A stretch of 64,000 nt of DNA from an archaeon (GTDB lineage Archaea > Nanobdellota > Nanobdellia > Woesearchaeales > JBDRAZ01), in NCBI GenBank assembly GCA_043823195.1, contig JBDRAZ010000034.1:12699-76698 (forward strand). The letters run 5' to 3'. This document shows, in pieces, positions 21,801-31,033 of the stretch (within the stretch, counting starts at the first letter, position 1; the number at the start of each line of letters is the position of its first letter). The notes under the pieces were generated by a model. That model did no database searches and was not told the DNA's origin. It worked only from the letters and a program-made list of their open reading frames with translations. Made by a program: the position numbers and the translations under genes.

Positions 21801-21830
21801 CTTAAATAGTTGAGCAACTGTTTAACTATT
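21801..21830 (+). promoter_or_regulatory. TATA box plus ArsR/SmtB-type 12-2-12 operator
   Basis: CTTAAATA at 21801-21808; AATAGTTGAGCA-AC-TGTTTAACTATT at 21805-21830 (10 of 12 pairs complementary), ending at the ArsR ATG. Confidence 0.7.
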
Positions 21831-22109
21831 ATGCAGGCCCTTGCATCATTCCTTAATCTGCTGTCTGATCCGACGCGGCTGCACATAATCCGCTTATTGG
21901 GTGAGGATACAAGCACAGTGTCAGGAATCAGCAGGGCGCTGGGCATCTCGCTTCCCGCAGTATCCCATCAGCTAGCCATGCTCTATTCTGCCAATCTTGT
22001 AAAATATTCAAAGACCGGGCGCGAGAAGCACTATGAGCTGACAGACAAGGGTATAATTCAGCTACTGGATAAAATCGAATCATACATGCAAAAGAGGGGG
22101 CCCATTTGA
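21831..22109 (+). CDS. ArsR/SmtB family transcriptional regulator
   Basis: LSDPTRLHIIRLL...TVSGISRALGISLPAVSHQLAML...LVKYSKTGREKHY; ATG 21831 is probably leaderless. Confidence 0.9.
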   Translation: MQALASFLNLLSDPTRLHIIRLLGEDTSTVSGISRALGISLPAVSHQLAMLYSANLVKYSKTGREKHYELTDKGIIQLLDKIESYMQKRGPI

Positions 22110-25100
22110 GGCAGGCGGCTCTTGTTTTTTTTCTGGCGGTTGCCTTGGCCTTCCCTGTCTTGGCAGATACCCATATAAGCAAATCCTACGAATTTGGGCC
22201 GCTAACAACAGAACCCGATGGGGTCTATGATCTGGTTTTCATGCCGGGAACGGATTATGAGTCTATCCCGGGAGCGCCGATAGTCCCGTACCGGGCCGTA
22301 AGCCTGCTCATTCCTGAGGGTGAGCATCTGGCTGAAATAAGTGTAATGCCCGAGGACGAGACATGTCTTGACGGGAGCTATCATTTGAAGCCAGGGCAAG
22401 AGCCTTATCCGGTCAGCTACAACGGAACCATCACCTATACGGCCCCAAATGCAACAATCTATGACTCAGATAGTCCCTATCCCGGCATCATCCACCTGAA
22501 TGCGTCTGTGCAGTATTTCCGGGGATACAAAGTTGTTGCAGTAAAGCTCTACCCTGTCCGGTACGAACCTAAATCAGGCCGGCTTTGCTACTATCCAAAT
22601 ATGGGGCTGGAAGCACTGACTGTATCTGTAAATGTTGCAAGTCTGCCTCTTGAGGCGAAGCGTTCTGTCAGTGCGGACCGGCAAATGATATCTGCGCAGG
22701 TGGCAAATCCTGAGCACCTGGGCATACGAGCCCTGCCAGCTATGGCCTCAACCCAGGAATCCTCGCCCAGTTCCCTGGCTGATCCCTCGCTGGCCTATGA
22801 ATATGTGGTAATCACATCAGTCTCCCTAAACCAGTCATTCCAGCCCTTTGTTTCCTGGAAAAACTCAATAGGCATCAACGCAACCATTGCCTTTGTTGAG
22901 GATATTGTAGTCGAACCTGACTACCACTGCGATGGAACATTCGGTGACGGCTGTGCTGATGCAGAGTTTAACGACACCCAGGCCCACATCAGAAACTTTA
23001 TCAGGGATGCCTATGCAAACTGGGGGACAAGCTATGTTCTTTTGGGTGGGGATGACGAAATAATACCGGCCAGGGGCGTGTATGCGGCATACGGTTCATA
23101 CGTAGATAACTCACTGCCATCTGACCTCTACTACGGCTGCCTTGACGGCAGCTGGAACTATGACAACGACGCGCTTTTCGGAGAGTACAACGACGGGATA
23201 AGCGGCGCCGAGGTCGACCTCTATGCTGAGGTGTACATAGGTAGGGCAACGGTTGATACCGCAGCCGAGGCGCGCAATTTTGTCAACAAGACCATTGAAT
23301 ACTATTATTCTGCAGATGATCCCTACATAAAAACGGCCCTCATGGTGGGCGAGGAGCTCGATGAACTTACCTGGGGCGGCGACAACAAGGATTATGTGGC
23401 CCGGGAGATCAGGAAGTACAATATCTCAAGGATGTATGACCGCGACGGAACATTCAGCAAATCCAATGTGGCTGCAAAGATGAACGCAGGCATCCACATA
23501 ATCAATCATGGGGCCCACTCCTCCAAAACCAGGGTCATGGGCATGTACAGCTCAGATGTTGCCGCCCTGACAAACGACCAATTTTTCTTCCTTTATACCT
23601 GGGGCTGCTACACAAACGCCTTCGACACAGCGGAGAGCGGGACCTCTGAGGCCATATCCGAGCACTTTATCCTCAATCCCGGCGGGGCCTTTGCCTACAT
23701 CGGAAACACTCGATACGGCTGGTACCTCCCGGGAAGCGTTTTCGGGACCTCCGATTACTATGACATGGAATTTTTTGACGCCCTTATCGATGAAAACATT
23801 ACCCGGCTGGGTCCGGCGCTGGAGGATTCAAGGCAGGATAAGTATTCATCTGTGGGGCCAACTGGCACCTACCGCTGGATATACTTTGACCTGGCGCTTC
23901 TCGGGGATCCGCACCTCTCGCTGAAGACTGACATTCCCGGCCCGGTTGCCTTCATTGTGTCACCAGCCGGAGGAAGCACCGAAGACGGTTCCACATCCAT
24001 CACGGGAACCGCATTGGGCGGCGGCGCCGGCATGGCAAATTACAGCATCACAATCGGGGCAGGGACTGATCCGGCTGCCTGGTCAGGCGCCGGCATTACG
24101 CTGCAAAATGGGGGGGCCGGTGACGTTTCCGAAGGGACGCTGGCCAATTGGGATACGAGCCTTTTCCAGGACGGGACCGTTACAATCAAGCTGCTGGTTG
24201 AGGATATCGACGGAAAGCTGAGCGAGGACAGGGTTATCCTGACAGTTGACAATTCATATCTGGATAGTCCGGGACAGGACACTTTTCTGCGGGGCGGCGA
24301 CACTCTGCCGCTAAGGGGCACAGTATCCCAAACCTCGTTTCATAACTATTGGTTTGAATTCGGGCAGGGGGCCTCTCCGTCCAGCTGGTCGCGCGACGGA
24401 ATCACGCTGGCCAATGGAGGAATGCAGGAGGTTTCAGGCTCCCTTCTTGCTGCCTGGAATACAGAAAACATAACTGCAGCGGATTATTACACAATCAGAT
24501 TGACAATTAATAACACGGGGTTCAATTATTCAGAGTCGACTATAGTCGTTATTGATCCTGATTTCCAGCAGGGCTGGCCGCAGAGGGTCACTCACCGGCT
24601 TCTGGCAGCATCCGTTGGTGTTGGCGATGTTGACAATGACGGCTTTCTTGAGATTGCGGCAGGGGAATCCCGCCTGGATGTATCGGGCGGAAGGGACTTC
24701 TATCTGTGGCATTCCAACGGAAGCAACTACTCTGGCTGGCCCAAGGATTATGTTACCGGTGAATACATCCGGTCATCACCCCTTTTTGCAGATGTTGACG
24801 GTGACCGGGATATGGAGGTCTTTGTTGGCACCGGCAGCGGCAGTGTTTCAGGCTGGCATCATAACGGCTCAATTGTGCAGGGCTGGCCCTCCAGCGACCC
24901 TGGTGATGAGGTATATACCCCTATTGCAGCCGGGGATATTGATGATGATGGCGACCTTGAGCTGGTCGCAGGGTCACTGGACAACTACCTCTATGCCTGG
25001 CACCACAACGGTACGAAGGTAACGAACTGGCCGCTGATGGGCGGAAGCAATTTCGCCAGGGGCGTTGCGCTGTCAGACCTCAACGGCGACGGTGAGCCTG

Positions 25101-28100
25101 AGATCATAGCTGGCAATACCAACGGCTATCTATATGTCATGTTCCTGAACAAAAGCTATTATCCCGGCTGGCCTATCAGCCTGGGTGTGCAGAGCCCGGG
25201 GGATGCTGTTGTCGCAGATCTTGATTCAGACGGGAATCCTGAGATTGTACTCGTCTCGACCACAAAGGCATACGTTTTTCACAGCAATGCGAGCAACATG
25301 ACTGGCTGGCCGGTAGACCTGATGATGGGCAGGGGCGCCCCTGCAATAGGCGACCTGGACGGCGACTCTGATCTTGAGATAGTATTAAATGGCTATACCC
25401 AGGTGCATGCCCTGCACCACGACGGAAGCCCTGTTTCAGGCTGGCCAAAATCCATCTCGGGGGCATCGGACGGCTCGCCTGTAATCGGTGATATCGACGG
25501 AGATTCCCGGCCGGAGATTCTGATCGGCACAGACTATGACAGTGATGATCTCTACGCCTGGCACCATAATGGAAGTCCGGTAACCGGATGGCCGAAGATT
25601 CTGCCAACACCGGGCATTACCGGCCAGCACAGTACAAAGCGGTCAACCCCGGTAATTGCTGATATTGACCAGGATGACGATGTTGAGGTGATTCTCGGCG
25701 ATGAAGACTACCTATTGGTATGGGACCTGCCAGGCAAATACAATCCGTATAATGTACCCTGGCCGCGGTTCCAGCATGATGAACGCTATTCGGGCGTTTA
25801 CAGCACACCCGTGGTCCCCCCAAAAATATACAGCATCGAATGCTATGCCAACAACACCTGGATTTCCTGCAGCGAAACATTATTCGGCAGCAATATATCA
25901 AAGGTTAGGGCCAATTGCACAGACCTGCGTTACAGCAACGTGACCAATGTCACCTTCACACTTGGGAACCTCGATGACAGCAGAACCTTCTTCAGCAATA
26001 TGGACGCCCTTAATGACAGCGGATTCTGGGTTTATGACAATGGTGATGTTCAGATACAGGACAGCGGGAGCTGGAGCATAACTGTAACCTGCAGCGATGC
26101 TGAGGGGCTTTCTGATGAAGAGTCGGTAGCCTGGCAGGTGGGCTGGGGAATACTCAGCACATACCAAATCGAGCCTTTGGCCAATCTCGGGGTTACCGGC
26201 AACAGTACCTTTAATTTTAGTACAGGCGTGAAGTGTATGGGTGGTGAATGCGGGAACGTAACTGCAACCCTCGATCCGAGCGTGAAGTCCGTGGCAGTAA
26301 ATGATGCGAGCAGGACATCAGTTACAATGAATGGTGCAACAGGCAACGGCGGCACCTCTGACCACCGCAACTATATCTACAGGACCGGCAGCAATGTCCT
26401 CTACCTGTACGACATTAACGGAACAAGCATAACCAACTACTCCCTGCCATATGCCTTTAATGATATCGCCTGCTCGGACTCCTATCTGTATGGGGTAAAG
26501 GACTCCTCTCCCTACCTGGTCAAGATGCACCTGAACGGGAGCCTGGTTGGAACATACTCTGCAGAGTCTGCAGCGGGAATTGCATATGACCGGTTCAGTG
26601 GTCTTTTATGGCTTAGGACCTCCGGGAGTGCAGTTAAGAGTTATACTGCTGAAGGTGTTGCCGAAGGCCAGACCCTTAGCATGGGTTTAGGCGGAACCTA
26701 TGGCATGGACTACCATAACGGGCTTTTCTGCACAGCCAGCAACTCCATGACTGACATTGACATCTGGAACGAATCAGGTGTGAAACTTGATGACACAGCA
26801 GGCGGCGGTGTAGACGATGACATGGGCTGCGCATTCATCAGCTCCGGTGGAACTAATTACATCTTTGCACTGGAAGGAACAACTGTTTCACGATACACCT
26901 ATTCCTGCGATGGCTGCGACATAGCGGAGCCGGGCTATTCAAAGGGCGTTATCCCGATGAACAGCGGAACACCCTTCTACACAACAGATCAAAATCCGGT
27001 TACCGGGGCAAATCTCTCATGCCTAAGGAACATGATGCCGGGTGATTCCTGCAACCAAAGCTGGAGCGTTGCTGCAACAGGGAACAGGACTCACTATGAG
27101 TTCTTTGTTATATACAGCTCAGCATATTCGGGGGTTGCGGAAAACGAGACCGCTGGGATCAACGTCACCATCCTGAACGCACCGCCTGTACTGCTGAACC
27201 TCACAGTCACCTCAACAGATTCCATGAACCGGACAAACGGGACCCTTGCAGGAGGCTATGCTTATCTTGACGTAGACGGTGATCCTGAAAACCATACTGA
27301 GGCCCAGTGGAAGCAAAACGGGGTCAGGGTCAGCTCCCTTGATAACCTGTCCATTGTTGGCTCAGGAAACACCACCATGGGCGAGGACTGGACCTTCCTG
27401 GTGCGGGCCCATGACGGAATGAACTGGAGCATGTGGCATAACGCAACAATAACCATAATAAACACCCCGCCAGCTGCAGCCAATGTGTCCCTGCTTCCTG
27501 AATCGCCCGGCGAGTCAGACAATCTGACCTGCTCCTATGACTATTCCGACCTTGATGGCGACAGTGAAAACTCTTCAATTATCAGGTGGCACAGGGATGG
27601 TGCTGAGGTCCCTGGATTACAGAATCAGGCTATAATTGCCAATCTCTCTCCTGGCCAGACCTGGCTCTGCGAGGTAATTCCCTTTGACAGCTTTGATTTC
27701 GGCCTGCCGCAGAATTCCACGGAAAGGACAATAGCCTCATACTGGACACTCCCGCTGTTGAGCGGATGGAACCTTATCAGCTTGCCTGTTGAGGCTGACA
27801 ACATGTCCCCTTCTGCGCTTTTTGCCTCATTGCCCAATTTCACCCGTGCCTGGATGTTCAATGCCTCAGATGGCAATCCCTGGAGGCTCTATGATCCCAA
27901 TGGGCTGCCCTTCCTTAACACCCTTACCCTGGCAACGCGCGAATACGGCTACTGGATTAATGCGGCGGGCGGGGTTCAGCTTAACCTGACCGGACAATCA
28001 GCAGGCGGCCTCAATGCAGCGCTCCGGCCCGGCTGGAATCTCATGGGCTATCCCTTTGCGTCACCCCGGCCGGCAATAGCGGCGGTATCCTCGCTTCCCG

Positions 28101-28258
28101 GCTTCAGCCGGATGTGGGCATATAACTCCTCGGCACAAAGCCCCTGGAAGCTTTACGACCCCAACAGCCTTCCCTTCCTCAATACCCTTGCCAATCTGGA
28201 CCCCGGGTCAGGATACTGGGTTAGCGTAGCCAACGCAACTGCCTGGGCCCTGAGCTGA
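22106..28258 (+). CDS. Second gingipain-like C25 cysteine peptidase (paralog of 10579..16125) with two extra Ig-like domains and C-terminal GWNL domain
   Basis: TTG start overlaps the ArsR TGA; YVLLGGD, SDLYY, NHGAH and YTWGC, LLGDP; FG-GAP blades; colinear with the first paralog. Confidence 0.85.
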   Translation: MRQAALVFFLAVALAFPVLADTHISKSYEFGPLTTEPDGVYDLVFMPGTDYESIPGAPIVPYRAVSLLIPEGEHLAEISVMPEDETCLDGSYHLKPGQEPYPVSYNGTITYTAPNATIYDSDSPYPGIIHLNASVQYFRGYKVVAVKLYPVRYEPKSGRLCYYPNMGLEALTVSVNVASLPLEAKRSVSADRQMISAQVANPEHLGIRALPAMASTQESSPSSLADPSLAYEYVVITSVSLNQSFQPFVSWKNSIGINATIAFVEDIVVEPDYHCDGTFGDGCADAEFNDTQAHIRNFIRDAYANWGTSYVLLGGDDEIIPARGVYAAYGSYVDNSLPSDLYYGCLDGSWNYDNDALFGEYNDGISGAEVDLYAEVYIGRATVDTAAEARNFVNKTIEYYYSADDPYIKTALMVGEELDELTWGGDNKDYVAREIRKYNISRMYDRDGTFSKSNVAAKMNAGIHIINHGAHSSKTRVMGMYSSDVAALTNDQFFFLYTWGCYTNAFDTAESGTSEAISEHFILNPGGAFAYIGNTRYGWYLPGSVFGTSDYYDMEFFDALIDENITRLGPALEDSRQDKYSSVGPTGTYRWIYFDLALLGDPHLSLKTDIPGPVAFIVSPAGGSTEDGSTSITGTALGGGAGMANYSITIGAGTDPAAWSGAGITLQNGGAGDVSEGTLANWDTSLFQDGTVTIKLLVEDIDGKLSEDRVILTVDNSYLDSPGQDTFLRGGDTLPLRGTVSQTSFHNYWFEFGQGASPSSWSRDGITLANGGMQEVSGSLLAAWNTENITAADYYTIRLTINNTGFNYSESTIVVIDPDFQQGWPQRVTHRLLAASVGVGDVDNDGFLEIAAGESRLDVSGGRDFYLWHSNGSNYSGWPKDYVTGEYIRSSPLFADVDGDRDMEVFVGTGSGSVSGWHHNGSIVQGWPSSDPGDEVYTPIAAGDIDDDGDLELVAGSLDNYLYAWHHNGTKVTNWPLMGGSNFARGVALSDLNGDGEPEIIAGNTNGYLYVMFLNKSYYPGWPISLGVQSPGDAVVADLDSDGNPEIVLVSTTKAYVFHSNASNMTGWPVDLMMGRGAPAIGDLDGDSDLEIVLNGYTQVHALHHDGSPVSGWPKSISGASDGSPVIGDIDGDSRPEILIGTDYDSDDLYAWHHNGSPVTGWPKILPTPGITGQHSTKRSTPVIADIDQDDDVEVILGDEDYLLVWDLPGKYNPYNVPWPRFQHDERYSGVYSTPVVPPKIYSIECYANNTWISCSETLFGSNISKVRANCTDLRYSNVTNVTFTLGNLDDSRTFFSNMDALNDSGFWVYDNGDVQIQDSGSWSITVTCSDAEGLSDEESVAWQVGWGILSTYQIEPLANLGVTGNSTFNFSTGVKCMGGECGNVTATLDPSVKSVAVNDASRTSVTMNGATGNGGTSDHRNYIYRTGSNVLYLYDINGTSITNYSLPYAFNDIACSDSYLYGVKDSSPYLVKMHLNGSLVGTYSAESAAGIAYDRFSGLLWLRTSGSAVKSYTAEGVAEGQTLSMGLGGTYGMDYHNGLFCTASNSMTDIDIWNESGVKLDDTAGGGVDDDMGCAFISSGGTNYIFALEGTTVSRYTYSCDGCDIAEPGYSKGVIPMNSGTPFYTTDQNPVTGANLSCLRNMMPGDSCNQSWSVAATGNRTHYEFFVIYSSAYSGVAENETAGINVTILNAPPVLLNLTVTSTDSMNRTNGTLAGGYAYLDVDGDPENHTEAQWKQNGVRVSSLDNLSIVGSGNTTMGEDWTFLVRAHDGMNWSMWHNATITIINTPPAAANVSLLPESPGESDNLTCSYDYSDLDGDSENSSIIRWHRDGAEVPGLQNQAIIANLSPGQTWLCEVIPFDSFDFGLPQNSTERTIASYWTLPLLSGWNLISLPVEADNMSPSALFASLPNFTRAWMFNASDGNPWRLYDPNGLPFLNTLTLATREYGYWINAAGGVQLNLTGQSAGGLNAALRPGWNLMGYPFASPRPAIAAVSSLPGFSRMWAYNSSAQSPWKLYDPNSLPFLNTLANLDPGSGYWVSVANATAWALS
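28170..28219 (+). repeat. 50-bp exact repeat, copy 2
   Basis: Identical to 21674-21723. Confidence 0.9.
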
Positions 28259-28273
28259 CTAATTTGCGAAATA

Positions 28274-28281
28274 TTTATATA
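28274..28281 (+). promoter_or_regulatory. TATA box (TTTATATA) for the RHH-subtilase-CARDB unit
   Basis: Located about 28 nt before ATG 28309, with CGAAA just upstream (BRE-like). Confidence 0.55.
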
Positions 28282-28308
28282 CTCCATTATTACTAATTAG
28301 AAATTACC

Positions 28309-28476
28309 ATGTCACAAAATCGTAGCAAGATAGCTACAAAAAGGATACCCGTTACCCTCACCCTGCAGCAGGTCAGGGAGATCAGGGAGCGGGTCGGCTC
28401 ACTTGGCTCCAATCAGAGCGACGTCCTGAAATACATCATAACCAACTGGCTGGACTCTAATGGCAAAACTAAATAG
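28309..28476 (+). CDS. Ribbon-helix-helix (CopG/MetJ-like) regulator, 55 aa; not in the ORF track
   Basis: Translated by hand: MSQNRSKIATKRIPVTLTLQQVREIRERVGSLGSNQSDVLKYIITNWLDSNGKTK. Alternating beta-strand KRIPVTL, helix, G-x-N-x-S-D turn, second helix. Confidence 0.7.
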   Translation: MSQNRSKIATKRIPVTLTLQQVREIRERVGSLGSNQSDVLKYIITNWLDSNGKTK

Positions 28477-31033
28477 TGCTCTAAAGCTGTTTGCGGTGCT
28501 CATTTTCCTGATAGCTGCCTCCATAGCCATCATGGCGCCAAGCGGGCAGGACAGCGGGATAGATGTAGCAGAAGATGATGAAGTAATTAGGATAGACCTT
28601 GCCGGCAGGAAGGAATTCACCGTTGGCAATTTCGATGCATCCATCATGGCTTTTGACGACTACATCCGCGTCAATCTGGTTGACCGGAACGGCAGCAATT
28701 TCATAGTCTATCACTTCTCAAACCCCCCTCCCAGCGAAAAGATGTCATTTGCTGATTATCTCGGCAATACCAAGACCGTCTCTCTTACTGACCTCCCGCA
28801 GGCCAAAGAACGGGAGCCTGACCCCGGCTATCATAGCTACAGGGGCAGGATTGAAGCGGTCCTGACCAACGCCCAATTTCTTGAAAAGGAGGGGTACGAC
28901 AGGGACTCTATCCCGGTTATTGTAACAATGGACTTGTCTGCAAATCTTGATTCAGGGTATGCCCGTCTTTCCGGTAATCCGGATGCAGGCAAACTCAGCA
29001 GAAGAATGAGGCAGGAAGCCTTCAACTCAACCAAGGAGCAGCTCCTCGGCAGGCTGACCGGCTCCCGGGGGCTCATGGGGACTATCAGGGGCGCGCTGGG
29101 AAGGTCCCGGAGCATAAGCACCATGGACCTGGAAATCATCGACGCAGTTGCCATGCGCGTATCTGAGCGCCAGCTTGACCTCCTTGACAGCAGCATTGTT
29201 GAAAGGGTAAGCCTTGACAAAAAAGTCCAGGTCTACCTCCCTGATTCGGTCGGCATAATAAATGCATCAAAGGTGTGGAGGCTGCATGATTCCCTGGGCA
29301 GGAACATTACAGGCCGCAATAGGACAATAGCCATCATTGACACAGGGATGGACTACACCCATCCAGACCTTGGCGGGTGCCTTGGTACCGGCTGCCGCGT
29401 CCTTGGCGGATACGATTTCGTGAATACCGATGCTGACCCCATGGATGACCATGGCCATGGGACGCACTGCGCAGGCATTGCCGCCGGAAACGGGACGACC
29501 GTAAAGGGCGTTGCCCCCGATGCAAAGCTTTACGCCTACAAGGTGCTAGGCAGCAGTGGCAGCGGCAGCTATTCCAATGTAATAGCGGGAATCCAGAGAG
29601 CCACAGACCCGGATGATGATGGCGATTCTGATGATCGCGTGGATGTAATCAGCATGTCGCTCGGCGGCTCAGGTCACCCTGATGATGAGGTTTCCCGGGC
29701 AGTCGATACTGCCGTGGGCAAGGGTGTTGTGGTTGTTGTTGCAGCAGGAAACTCGGGGCCGTATGACGAGAGCATCGGAAGCCCCGGGGTGGCAAGGAAA
29801 GCGCTCACAATCGGCGCGTCCTGCAAGCCCAGCCAGATCGGAGTGCATGGCTATTGTAACGAGAAAATTGCCCGCTTTTCATCCCGCGGCCCCACGTCTA
29901 TCGGCGGAATAAAGCCGGACGTGGTTGCGCCCGGAGTCGAGATCTGCGCAGCGCAGTGGGAGGATGCCTGGCAGGCATATCAGTGCGTTGACAACGATCA
30001 CACCGCAATTTCAGGGACATCCATGGCAACGCCCCATGTTGCCGGGGCAGCAGCCCTTCTCCTGCAGGCCAACAACTGGAAGCCGCTGCAGGTGAAATCC
30101 GCCCTGATGCTTACAGCTCTCGACCTTGGATTTGCCCCAAACACGCAGGGCACCGGCCAGATCGACATCTATCGTGCAAAAAATGCGACCTTTGCGACCT
30201 CTCCGCAGAGCATATCCCTTGGCTATGTAAGCACGGGCGTGCATTCAGTGAGGATTAACATTACAAGTCTCAGGCCGGCGGGACAGAATCTGACTCTTAA
30301 CGTCACCAATGTCACTGATGAGACCGGGTATAGCTACAATCTGAGCTACCTCAATGCAACAGCTCTTTTGGTCCCTGGCAATGGCACAGCGTCATTCACA
30401 TTCAATATCACGGTCCCGTCCCTCCTGGACGGGTCCTTTGAGGGCAGGGTTACGCTCAGGGGCATTAACGGCCTTCACAGCATTCCGTTTACCTTTATCC
30501 ACCTTGCCAACCTCACTGTTACAGTCCTTGGGCCCCAGCCATTATACCCTGACCTGCTGCTGCACAATGAGGATTTCAGCGTAAAACGGGGGCTGTTCCA
30601 GGGTGATATTCTTGAGGGCAACACCTATACCTTTATGATACCCAGCGGGAACTATACTGTATACGCAGTCGGTGATTCAGAAGATCTCTCCATGGAATAC
30701 ATCCTCATGGACACAGTCGAGGTGCTGGTAGACCATAATTCATCCCTTACGCTCAGCACATATGATGCGCGGGAATACACCGTGAATGCCCGGTCTTTTG
30801 ACGGCACCGGCCTTAAGCTTTACGACTGGGAAAAGGCATTCTTTGCCTATCGGGGCGAAGAGCTCCTCAGCTACGCCTTCATTGATCCCGGATATGGTGA
30901 CAGGACAGTCTATGTATCCAACAAACCCGATAACAAGGCAACCGTGGATATTGTATTCAGATACTACGGCATTCCGTCTGACACCCCGTTCGAGGGTGGT
31001 GGCTGGTCAAAAATGATTATGGGTGAACCATGA
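28460..31033 (+). CDS. Secreted subtilisin-family (S8, Vpr-like) serine protease
   Basis: Catalytic triad IAIIDTG, HGHGTHCAG, SGTSMATPHVAG; oxyanion AAGNSG; N-terminal hydrophobic signal. Confidence 0.92.
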   Translation: MAKLNSALKLFAVLIFLIAASIAIMAPSGQDSGIDVAEDDEVIRIDLAGRKEFTVGNFDASIMAFDDYIRVNLVDRNGSNFIVYHFSNPPPSEKMSFADYLGNTKTVSLTDLPQAKEREPDPGYHSYRGRIEAVLTNAQFLEKEGYDRDSIPVIVTMDLSANLDSGYARLSGNPDAGKLSRRMRQEAFNSTKEQLLGRLTGSRGLMGTIRGALGRSRSISTMDLEIIDAVAMRVSERQLDLLDSSIVERVSLDKKVQVYLPDSVGIINASKVWRLHDSLGRNITGRNRTIAIIDTGMDYTHPDLGGCLGTGCRVLGGYDFVNTDADPMDDHGHGTHCAGIAAGNGTTVKGVAPDAKLYAYKVLGSSGSGSYSNVIAGIQRATDPDDDGDSDDRVDVISMSLGGSGHPDDEVSRAVDTAVGKGVVVVVAAGNSGPYDESIGSPGVARKALTIGASCKPSQIGVHGYCNEKIARFSSRGPTSIGGIKPDVVAPGVEICAAQWEDAWQAYQCVDNDHTAISGTSMATPHVAGAAALLLQANNWKPLQVKSALMLTALDLGFAPNTQGTGQIDIYRAKNATFATSPQSISLGYVSTGVHSVRINITSLRPAGQNLTLNVTNVTDETGYSYNLSYLNATALLVPGNGTASFTFNITVPSLLDGSFEGRVTLRGINGLHSIPFTFIHLANLTVTVLGPQPLYPDLLLHNEDFSVKRGLFQGDILEGNTYTFMIPSGNYTVYAVGDSEDLSMEYILMDTVEVLVDHNSSLTLSTYDAREYTVNARSFDGTGLKLYDWEKAFFAYRGEELLSYAFIDPGYGDRTVYVSNKPDNKATVDIVFRYYGIPSDTPFEGGGWSKMIMGEP

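Noticed and set aside
13000-26000. Recurring short DNA repeats (for example AACGGCAGCAATGTTACCGGCTGGCC) as a CRISPR array or DGR template/variable repeats
   Set aside because: They are in-frame FG-GAP blade codons (NGSNVTGWP) with irregular spacing. There are no cas or reverse transcriptase genes, and no adenine-specific mismatch pattern was evident.
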